Below, one piece after another: positions 8,841 to 15,968 of a DNA stretch of 16,121 nucleotides. The DNA lies in the NCBI GenBank assembly GCA_027050205.1, contig JALUCS010000039.1:1-16121 (forward strand), read 5' to 3'. A program made the position numbers and the translations under genes. Each line of letters begins with the position of its first letter. Position 1 is the stretch's first letter. The stretch is from a candidate division WOR-3 bacterium. GTDB lineage: Bacteria > Hydrothermota > Hydrothermia > LBFQ01. The notes beneath the pieces were generated by a model that saw only the letters and a list, made by a program, of their open reading frames with translations, had not been told where the DNA came from and did not search any database.

Positions 8841-8846
8841 CTTATT

Positions 8847-9563
8847 TTGTTCGGATTCTTAGATTCCGGCCTTGGAGGTTTGGTATCCCTCCGTGAGTTC
8901 CGAAAGTACTCCGGCGGCGAGGTAATCTATCTCGGCGACCTCAAACACCAGCCCTACGGTGCCAGGCCGAGGAGTGAGATAGTGGCCCTTACGGAGAGGG
9001 CGGTCTCCTTCCTCCTTGACATGGGCGCCGAGGAGATCTTCATCGTTTGCAACACGATGGCCGCCAACGCCCTCGGATCCCTCCGGAGCCGCTTCAACGT
9101 CCCTATATACGGCATAACCGAGTGGGTAAAGTTCTACACGCCTCCGAAGGATAGGAGGATCGTCGTAATCGGCACGAGGGCCACCATAGAGTCCGGGTAC
9201 TACCAGAGGACCCTCAAGGCGGAGGGGATACCCGCCCCGGAGTTGGCATTGCTCATAGAGGAGGGACACTGGGACGACGATGTGGTGAGGGCCTACCTCA
9301 ACTCCCTCCTTCCCGAAGGGAGTTACGTCCTGGTACTCGGATGTACCCACTACCCTGTCCTCATCCCCGTAATAAGGGAGTTGAGGCCGGAGGTTGAGAT
9401 CGTAGACCCCGCCGAGATCCTCTTCAAACACCTCCGCAGGGAGGGAGGGGAGTTCTTCGTCCACGTCTATCTTACGAGGGAGAACCCAAAGTACGAGGAG
9501 TTTTTGGTACGTTTAGGGTACGAGAGGGATGTTTTTTCTCTTAATTTCGTCCCAGATTATTGA
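8847..9563 (+). CDS. murI: Glutamate racemase
   Basis: Motifs DSGLGG, YLGD..HQPYG, catalytic CNT and LGCTHYP. The ORF-track start (8814) lies inside the tRNA, so TTG 8847 is preferred; the start is uncertain. Confidence 0.9.
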   Translation: MFGFLDSGLGGLVSLREFRKYSGGEVIYLGDLKHQPYGARPRSEIVALTERAVSFLLDMGAEEIFIVCNTMAANALGSLRSRFNVPIYGITEWVKFYTPPKDRRIVVIGTRATIESGYYQRTLKAEGIPAPELALLIEEGHWDDDVVRAYLNSLLPEGSYVLVLGCTHYPVLIPVIRELRPEVEIVDPAEILFKHLRREGGEFFVHVYLTRENPKYEEFLVRLGYERDVFSLNFVPDY

Positions 9564-10662
9564 TAGTATCGCAGTTTTTGGGAATAGATGGACATCTACG
9601 GACTACATCCTCAAGTACGCTGGGGTTAAGGTCGGAGACACCCTGACGGACTCCCTCCTTTACACCGTAAAGCGGCGGCTCTGGCAACTCGGCCTCTTCA
9701 GGGGTGTGAGCGTGGAGGACAGCAACGGTGTCCTGAAGATAGAGGTGAAGGAGACGTGGTACATTTACCCCTTCCCCTACGTCAACGTATCCACGACGGA
9801 GTTCAGCCTCGGTCTGGGCGTCCAGCACAGCAACTTCAGGGGCAAGGGGGAACACCTCTTCTTCCTCGCCGCCGCGGGCAGCCGCAAGATCCTAACGGCG
9901 GGTTGGGGTACTCCCACCCACAGGATGGTTGAGAACGTCCTCTCCGTTGAGGGGGGGAAGGAGTCCTACAGGTCCTTCATATACCGAATGCCCATAGACC
10001 GGTACTTCCTCAAGGTGAGGTTCAGGGGCCGCCTGAAGGGTGGGTGGCAACTACGGATGGGCTTTCTGGGGAGCGAGGTTACCTCCGATAGCACCCACCT
10101 ACTATACGGTGGGGACCCCGACCGCTTCCTCTCGTTGGAGGCCCACCTCTACCGGGACGTACGGGACTGGGAATCCTACCCCCGCAGGGGGTACCTGTGG
10201 AGGGTGGGAATGGTATCCTACACGGGAGACTTCGCAGCCTGGGTGTACGGTACGGACTGGGAGGGGTACCGCACCTTCGGCAGGCTGACGGTGGTCCCGT
10301 TCCTCTCCGTATGGAGGGTCTTCGGGGAACTGCCGGTCTATCTCCGGTTGCCCTTCGTAGGGACCTCCGAGGTCGTGAGGGGTAGCTACCCTCCCAACCG
10401 ACTCGTCGGGGCCGAGCGGGACGTAGCCTCCCTTGAGGTCAGGTACCTCCTCTTTGAGGACCTACCCTTCGTCTCCCACCTCGTTGAGGGGGGTCTTGCC
10501 GCCGTACTCTTTTTGGACGCCGGGCGTCTGGACACCCTCCGGGCGGCCGTGGGTGGGACCGGTGGTATGCTCTACACCCCCTTCGGCAGCTTCACCTTCC
10601 TGGTGGGCTACGGTACCGGTGGGTTGAACCTCTTTGCGGGGAGCAGCCAGCGGATATTCTGA
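9529..10662 (+). CDS. Omp85/BamA-TamA family outer-membrane protein (single POTRA + beta-barrel)
   Basis: POTRA-like N-terminus (IAVFGN..T...I...RLWQLGLF..V....IEVKE), HSNFRGKG, DWESYPRRG, VRG motif, FLDAG and C-terminal Phe. Confidence 0.8.
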   Translation: MFFLLISSQIIDSIAVFGNRWTSTDYILKYAGVKVGDTLTDSLLYTVKRRLWQLGLFRGVSVEDSNGVLKIEVKETWYIYPFPYVNVSTTEFSLGLGVQHSNFRGKGEHLFFLAAAGSRKILTAGWGTPTHRMVENVLSVEGGKESYRSFIYRMPIDRYFLKVRFRGRLKGGWQLRMGFLGSEVTSDSTHLLYGGDPDRFLSLEAHLYRDVRDWESYPRRGYLWRVGMVSYTGDFAAWVYGTDWEGYRTFGRLTVVPFLSVWRVFGELPVYLRLPFVGTSEVVRGSYPPNRLVGAERDVASLEVRYLLFEDLPFVSHLVEGGLAAVLFLDAGRLDTLRAAVGGTGGMLYTPFGSFTFLVGYGTGGLNLFAGSSQRIF

Positions 10663-10691
10663 AGGGAGACCGCCCTTAGAATCCGAGTCTT

Positions 10692-10955
10692 ATGGAGGTT
10701 GAGAACCTCATTGAGGAGGTGAAGTTCTACATAATGAACCGCCGGTACGGCGAGGCGGAGAGGCTACTCAAGGATGCCCTCAAGGAGCATCCGGACAACG
10801 AGGAGTTGCTCTACAACCTCGGCCTCGTGTACGAGCTGCAGTCCGAGGGGAGGAAGGCGGTGGACGTGTACCGAAAGATAGTGGAGTCCTTGCCGGCCGG
10901 CAGGCGTAGGGAGGATGCCCTGCGTAGGTTGAGGAAGTTGGAAGGCTACTTCTGA
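10692..10955 (+). CDS. Small tetratricopeptide-repeat protein
   Basis: TPR pattern YGEAERLLKDALKEHPDNEELLYNLGLVY; TAGAAT 9 nt upstream. Confidence 0.82.
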   Translation: MEVENLIEEVKFYIMNRRYGEAERLLKDALKEHPDNEELLYNLGLVYELQSEGRKAVDVYRKIVESLPAGRRREDALRRLRKLEGYF

Positions 10956-10957
10956 AG

Positions 10958-12157
10958 ATGCTCTGGAGCGAGAGGGTAGAGACCTTTACGCTCAAGAACG
11001 GCCTAAAGGTCCATCATCAGCCCTACCCCGAAGCCATATCAGGGATAGCCCTCCTCTACAGGGTAGGTTCCGCCTACGAGAAGGTGGGGAAGACGGGCAT
11101 AGCCCACATCCTAGAACACCTTATGTTCAACGGGACGGCGAGGTACGGTCCCTTCAGCGACTACGTGGAGGCCTGGGGTGGGTACGACAACGCCTTCACG
11201 GACAGGGACATAACCCTATACCACACCGTCGTACCGGCCAACCGCCTGTTGCACCTACTGGAGTTGGAGGCCGACAGGATGACGGGCCTCACCTTCAACA
11301 ACTTCCGGGCGGAGAAGTCCGTAATCCTTGAGGAGTACCTCCTAAGCGAGAACGAGGACGACGAGAGGCTCTGGACGGAAGTCTTCGCCGCCCTGTGGCC
11401 CGACTCCCCCTACTCCAACCCGGTGAGCGGGTGGCCGGAGGACGTGGCCAACCTCACCTTGGGGGACGTAATGGAGTTCTACAGGCTGCACTACACCCCC
11501 AACAACGCCCTACTGGTCGTAGTATCTCCCCACTCCACCGAGGAGGTTGAGAGGATGGTAGAGGAAACCTTCGGTGCCATACCGCCGGGTCCGGACGTCA
11601 GGCCCCCCAACCACGGACCCCCTCCCTACCCGTGGCGGAAGGACGTGGTCGTCAAGTTGAGCCGACCGAAGCGGTTCGTCCTCGCCTACCGCCTTGGCAG
11701 ACCCTCCCTCCGCTACAACACCGCCCTCAACCTCTTCACCCGCATCCTTGACCTTGAGAGGTCCTCCCCTCTGTGGCCCCTCGTAGAGGAAGGTCGCCTC
11801 GTCACCTTCAACGTCAGGAACTACGAGTACGAGGGAGGAAACGTCTTCGCCGTGATAGGGGAGGTGGAGCCGGATAGGGACGTACCGAGGAGGGAGATAG
11901 AGGAGGCCATAACCACCTTCGTACCGAGGGAGGACGTCCTAAGGAGGGTGAAGCGGATGTTTAAGAGCGAGTTCGTGTTCAGCTACGAGGAGGCGGAGAG
12001 CGTGAGCGTCAATATAGCCCTCACATCCTACCTCTTCGGTCAGGTCCCCACCCTCCGGGAGAGCTTGGACCTCTACTCTTCCATTACACCGGAGGAACTG
12101 GTGGAGATAAGGGAGGGGCTTCGCTCCTCTCCCTCCGTCCTGGTCAGGTACCAATAA
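10958..12157 (+). CDS. M16 (pitrilysin/insulinase) family zinc peptidase
   Basis: Motifs TLKNGL, VGSAYE..GKTGIAHILEH (inverted HxxEH), NAFT, ELEADRM, EKSVILEE, HYTPNNA. Confidence 0.92.
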   Translation: MLWSERVETFTLKNGLKVHHQPYPEAISGIALLYRVGSAYEKVGKTGIAHILEHLMFNGTARYGPFSDYVEAWGGYDNAFTDRDITLYHTVVPANRLLHLLELEADRMTGLTFNNFRAEKSVILEEYLLSENEDDERLWTEVFAALWPDSPYSNPVSGWPEDVANLTLGDVMEFYRLHYTPNNALLVVVSPHSTEEVERMVEETFGAIPPGPDVRPPNHGPPPYPWRKDVVVKLSRPKRFVLAYRLGRPSLRYNTALNLFTRILDLERSSPLWPLVEEGRLVTFNVRNYEYEGGNVFAVIGEVEPDRDVPRREIEEAITTFVPREDVLRRVKRMFKSEFVFSYEEAESVSVNIALTSYLFGQVPTLRESLDLYSSITPEELVEIREGLRSSPSVLVRYQ

Positions 12158-12163
12158 AAAAAG

Positions 12164-12237
12164 CGCCCCAGGAGGGACTCGAACCCCCGACCTACGGCTT
12201 AGGAAGCCGCCGCTCTATCCTGCTGAGCTACTGGGGC
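12164..12237 (-). tRNA. tRNA-Arg (CCT), CCA not encoded
   Basis: Reverse complement folds as GCCCCAG/CTGGGGC acceptor, GCGGC-TTCCTAA-GCCGT anticodon arm and GGGGG-TTCGAGT-CCCTC T arm. It is followed by a T7 run. Confidence 0.96.
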
Positions 12238-12251
12238 GCCTGAAAGGGAAG

Positions 12252-12620
12252 TGGAGGCGGCGGGAATCGAACCCGCGTCCGAACGGGCTACTTGCCCCCG
12301 GGTGTTTTACAGGCTTAGCCCCTTCTTTCCATTTACGTCCCGGCTTGTGGGCATCGGGGCCTCTCCCGTAAAACCGGGACGCCTCCTCTTTGATACCTCC
12401 TAACCCGGAAGAGGAGGAAGACCGGGATAGGAGGCCTGCCCTAAGGGACCCCCCATCGGGCGCCGGGCAGGAAGCCACCCGTGGGAGGCTGGCGGTCATT
12501 ACGCCGCCAGAGCGTAAGAAGCGTTCGCACTTATTTTGTTTTTGGGCTTGGTAACGGGGTTGCCCGACCCCGGCCTGCACCCGGCAGGCTTTCACCCGCC
12601 GTCGAGACCTTTTCGCCCCC
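12252..12620 (-). ncRNA. ssrA: Transfer-messenger RNA (tmRNA)
   Basis: 5' GGGGGCGAAAAGGTCTCGAC and 3' GGGTTCGATTCCCGCCGCCTCCA ending in CCA; G3-U acceptor pair; internal tag frame ending ALAA-stop. Confidence 0.96.
12499..12528 (-). other. tmRNA tag reading frame: ANASYALAA*
   Basis: ATAAGT then GCG AAC GCT TCT TAC GCT CTG GCG GCG TAA (TGA follows); typical resume context and YALAA degron end. Confidence 0.9.
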
Positions 12621-12650
12621 AACTCGGATTGTCATACCTTAGCCTTAGGC

Positions 12651-12666
12651 GGATATTATAAGGGCG
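12651..12666 (-). promoter_or_regulatory. Putative ssrA-tRNA-Arg promoter (CGCCCTTATAATATCC)
   Basis: TATAAT about 34 nt upstream of the tmRNA 5' end; the 16-mer is identical to 8745-8760. Confidence 0.72.
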
Positions 12667-12667
12667 T

Positions 12668-13777
12668 TCAGGGTGTCAGTAGGGGGTGCCTGTCCTTCAG
12701 GTAGGACACCACCCTCTCCACCTCGTTCCACACCCCCTTACCCGACCCCGTCGGCTCATCTAAGGCCAAACTCTCCAACTTTACGCCGTACTCCTCTGCC
12801 AACCCCTTCCACTCCTCCGGGACGCCCTCGTCCAACTCCGAATCCGATAGGACGGCCAAGGCCCACGTCCAGGCCTTGACCACGTTCCCGATACGGTATC
12901 CCCCTCCCCCTAATGCCACCCAAGGTAGGTTTAGGGACCGTATGTAGCGGAGGACGTGGAGGTAGGAGTTGAGGGTCAGGTTCCAGTGGGTCAGGGGGTC
13001 TCCGGAGAGGGCGTCGGCTCCGAGCTGCGTGACTACGGCGTCGGGGCGGAACCGCTCAACCGCCGGTGCCACCACCTCGCCAAAGGTGTAGGTATAGACG
13101 TCGTCCCCGGCCCCTGGCGGGAAGGGTACGTTGAGGGTATAGCCGTACCCCCTCCCCTCGCCCATCTCGTACTCGTACCCCGTACCCGGAAAGAGGTAGC
13201 GGCCGCTCTCGTGGGTACTGACGGTGAGAACGCGATCGTCGTAGTAAAAGGCGTACTGCACCCCGTCCCCATGGTGGGCGTCTATGTCAAGGTAGAGGAC
13301 CCTATCGTACCGTTCCAATAGGGTGTAGATGGCCATAACCGGGTCGTTCAGGTAGCAGAAACCGGAGGCCCTGTCGGGCATAGCGTGATGGAGTCCCCCG
13401 GCCATGTTGAAGGCCCTCTCCACCTCACCCTCTGCTACGGCCCTCGCCGCCAGATAGGAGGCCCCGGCCACGAGTCTGGAGTAGTCGTAGATACCGGGAA
13501 AGACCGGATTGTCCCCGTATCCGAGTCCGTACGCCGCCATGTAGTCCCTGTATTCCCCATCGTTGGCCGCCTTCAGGACCTCCAGGTAGTCGGCAGTATG
13601 GAACTTGAGGAGCATCTCCTCCGGTATCACCTCCGGCCTAATCTTCCTCACCTTCCCCATCAGGCCCTTCATCTCCTGCATCCTCTGGGTCAGGAACAGG
13701 CGGTACGTCTTAAAGGGGTGGGTGGGGCCGTAGGAGTACCGCCAGAAGGGGGACGTATCCAGGAAGGCCACCCGCAT
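12668..13777 (-). CDS. acuC: Zn-dependent histone deacetylase-family protein, AcuC-like
   Basis: Motifs YSYGPTHPF, GDNPVF, GGLHHA, SGFCYLND, DIDAHHGDG, HESGRYLFPGTG, GGGGY. Confidence 0.9.
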   Translation of the reverse strand: MRVAFLDTSPFWRYSYGPTHPFKTYRLFLTQRMQEMKGLMGKVRKIRPEVIPEEMLLKFHTADYLEVLKAANDGEYRDYMAAYGLGYGDNPVFPGIYDYSRLVAGASYLAARAVAEGEVERAFNMAGGLHHAMPDRASGFCYLNDPVMAIYTLLERYDRVLYLDIDAHHGDGVQYAFYYDDRVLTVSTHESGRYLFPGTGYEYEMGEGRGYGYTLNVPFPPGAGDDVYTYTFGEVVAPAVERFRPDAVVTQLGADALSGDPLTHWNLTLNSYLHVLRYIRSLNLPWVALGGGGYRIGNVVKAWTWALAVLSDSELDEGVPEEWKGLAEEYGVKLESLALDEPTGSGKGVWNEVERVVSYLKDRHPLLTP

Positions 13778-13885
13778 AAGGTAATTCTAAACTGGGTATC
13801 CCTCTGGAAGGCACCCCTTCAAAATCCGCAAGCGGCATTACGCCGACGGGGTGATACTTTACCCACCGCTTGGTACCGAACAACG

Positions 13886-13973
13886 CACTTTCAAAAACTG
13901 AAAGTTAAACTTTAGGAAATTGATACTTACACTTTAATAAACTGAAAGTAGCATTTTAAGATTCTTGCAATTC
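13886..13973. repeat. Block A: four tandem degenerate 22-bp units
   Basis: cactttcaaaaactgaaagtta / aactttaggaaattgatactta / cactttaataaactgaaagtag / cattttaagattcttgcaattc. Unit 1 contains a perfect ACTTTCA-N5-TGAAAGT inverted repeat. Confidence 0.75.
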
Positions 13974-14163
13974 ATCCTATACCGTCCATTCGGATTTAGG
14001 ATTCCACCGATGGAATGACGATTGCGACGAAGACTCATCAAACGGGACGGGTCCGTACGGCATACCTCCGAACGGCATCGGGAAAGGTCTAATCTTACCG
14101 GGTTCAGATGGGAGACCGACGACCCTCTTAAGGTGGGCATCACTCCGTCCGCAGAATACCCGT

Positions 14164-14254
14164 TCGCACCTTAAAAAACCGTAAATCGTACCTCAAGAAA
14201 ATGACAATCGCACCTCAAAATTATCTCAACTCTGTTGCAAGATTTTGATCCGTC
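14164..14254. repeat. Block C: 22-bp-period degenerate units
   Basis: TCG(C/T)ACCT(T/C)AA starts at 14164, 14186 and 14208, an exact 22-bp period. 14167-14188 matches block A unit 1 at 15/22. Confidence 0.7.
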
Positions 14255-14407
14255 AAATGCCGAAGGTTGAAACCGGGCCTTGTGAGGTGCTATTGGGAAT
14301 CATCAATCCGAGTTCCGACACCTACAGTGCAGGGACGACCCCCTGATGAGGTATCACTGCATCAGCCGAACGCTCCTCCTTCCGTGAAGGCACAGTCCTC
14401 CCAAATA

Positions 14408-14517
14408 CCTCTTCAAAGACCGTAAGTCTGACTTCAGGGAACTGATACCCACGCTTTATGAAACTGCAAGCTTAACTTCAAGATTTTTGCAACCTACTTT
14501 GCAGAATTTTAATCCCT
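14408..14517. repeat. Block B: degenerate copy of block A
   Basis: 14408-14495 aligns without gaps to 13886-13973 at about 60/88 by hand count. Confidence 0.75.
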
Positions 14518-14554
14518 ATCTCCAGGGTCGGCCTTGATGCACCATAGGTCGGTC

Positions 14555-15109
14555 CTACCCGGTCTGCAGTTTGGCCTCAACTATCTCTGCTATCACGTGA
14601 AGGAGGAGGCGGTGGACCTCCTGGATCCTTTGGGTGTCCTCCGTGGGTACGGCGAGGACGACGTCCCCCTTCACCTTTCCCCCTCTCCCCGTGAGGTATA
14701 TGACGCCCATTCCCTTCCTCTTGGCCGCCTCCACCGCCCGGTTCACGTTCTCCGACCTCCCCGACGTTGATATGGCCACTAAGACGTCCCCCTCCCCACC
14801 GATGGCCTCCACCTGCCGGGCGAAGACCTCCCCGTATCCGTAATCGTTGGCTAACGCCGTAAGGACGGCGGTGTCTGCTGTCAGGGAGATGGCCGGTAGG
14901 GGGGGCCTGTCCCCCTTCAGCCTACCGACGAGTTCCCCGGCGAAGTGTTGGGCATCCGTGGCGCTACCCCCGTTCCCACACACCAACACCTTCCCCCCCT
15001 TCTTCAGGGCCGAGGCTATCAGGTCGGCCGCCCTCTCCACGTCCCCCTCCATCTCCTCTATGGCCTCAAGGACGGCCTTCAGCTCCCTAAGGGCTTCCCG
15101 AAAGGCCAA
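14555..15109 (-). CDS. gmhA: D-sedoheptulose 7-phosphate isomerase (SIS domain)
   Basis: Motifs CGNGGSATDAQH, ANDYGY..VFARQV, ISTSGRSENV, RIQEVH. TTG start with GGAGG upstream, 1 nt after the yjbQ stop. Confidence 0.93.
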   Translation of the reverse strand: MAFREALRELKAVLEAIEEMEGDVERAADLIASALKKGGKVLVCGNGGSATDAQHFAGELVGRLKGDRPPLPAISLTADTAVLTALANDYGYGEVFARQVEAIGGEGDVLVAISTSGRSENVNRAVEAAKRKGMGVIYLTGRGGKVKGDVVLAVPTEDTQRIQEVHRLLLHVIAEIVEAKLQTG

Positions 15110-15110
15110 C

Positions 15111-15509
15111 CTACCCCTCCATCACCTTTACGTATACCCTCCGGCTCCTGGGACCGTCAAACTCGCAGAAGAATATCCCCTGCCACGTCCCCAGTACTAT
15201 ATCCCCGTCCTCAACTATCAGGGTTATGGAAGGACCGACCAAGACGCTCTTTATGTGGGAGTCGGCGTTCCCCTCAAGGTGCCTGTAGTGCCTATCGGCG
15301 GGTACGAGTTCGGAGAGATGCTCGTTTATGTCCAGCCTGACGGAGGGGTCGGCGTTCTCGTTCACCGTCAGGGCTGCCGTCGTGTGAGGGCAGTAGAGGA
15401 CGCATATTCCGGACTTTACCCCGCTCTCCCTGACGATCCTCCGGACCTCCGAGGTTATGTCCAAAAGCTCGTTCCGTTTGGACGTTCTTACGTTGATGGT
15501 CTTCAGCAT
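15111..15509 (-). CDS. yjbQ: YjbQ/UPF0047 family protein (secondary thiamine-phosphate synthase-like)
   Basis: Motifs [43 protein letters not shown]. Start moved to ATG 15509 (TAAAAT 8 nt upstream; usual family length). Confidence 0.9.
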   Translation of the reverse strand: MLKTINVRTSKRNELLDITSEVRRIVRESGVKSGICVLYCPHTTAALTVNENADPSVRLDINEHLSELVPADRHYRHLEGNADSHIKSVLVGPSITLIVEDGDIVLGTWQGIFFCEFDGPRSRRVYVKVMEG

Positions 15510-15968
15510 AGGCCAGAATTTTACCGACGTCGCGCTGACGGGGAGACCGCACCGTTCAGTCACCTTACGCCGGTAGGGGGATGGGCGTATCCGGACTCGG
15601 TGAGGGGTAATTTTGGGTTTAGGAACTTACGTCAGATTTAAAGATAAAACCGACGTTATAATATGCATCGTGTTTATCCCAAAAATTGGGCCAAATTTAC
15701 CAATACGACTAAAAATTGGTATTACTCCAATAGAAGACCGTCCCATCCGTCACTAAGCCGAAAGCTGCATTTTAACCCGAATCTATCCGTTGGTCCTTTA
15801 TTTTAGCTTTTATGCTACCTATCGTATCATTCAATTAACTAAACCTTCAAAAATTTTGCATAATATGCGGTTTTATTTTTGCTTACAGCCACAAATTTGA
15901 TAATGAAATGTTGATTAGTGTAAGTTAAAAGAAGTTAAAAGTAATTCCATATTTTATCAAAGATGCAG

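Noticed and set aside
8814..8846. ORF-track N-terminal extension of murI
   Set aside because: Lies inside the tRNA-Asn T arm and acceptor stem.
12238..12280. Integrative element at the ssrA or tRNA 3' ends
   Set aside because: No integrase and no duplicated 3' fragment in the window; the flanks are housekeeping genes.
12215..12622. 135-aa minus-strand ORF
   Set aside because: Coincides with the tmRNA and tRNA-Arg genes.
13934..14143. 69-aa minus-strand ORF in the intergenic array
   Set aside because: No motif, atypical composition, no -10 or SD at its start, and it runs across the 22-bp non-triplet repeats.
14304..14314. CAATCCGAGTT matching the ssrA leader (12631-12621)
   Set aside because: An 11-bp match is expected by chance in 16 kb.
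14326..14374. Hammerhead-ribozyme-like CTGATGAG...CCGAAC
   Set aside because: Has GAAC rather than GAAA, no U-H cleavage triplet in register, and weak stems I and II. The homologous spacer copy lacks CTGATGA.
13886..14517. CRISPR array or canonical DnaA-box oriC interpretation
   Set aside because: No invariant repeats with unique spacers and no cas genes. No TTATCCACA match better than about two mismatches was seen; a non-canonical origin is not excluded.
15560..15603. Hairpin (TCACC..TACGCC/GGCGTA..GGTGA) as a possible TPP riboswitch for yjbQ
   Set aside because: No TPP core motif (CTGAGA) on the coding strand, and it lies upstream of the inferred yjbQ -10 box, so it would not be in the mRNA.
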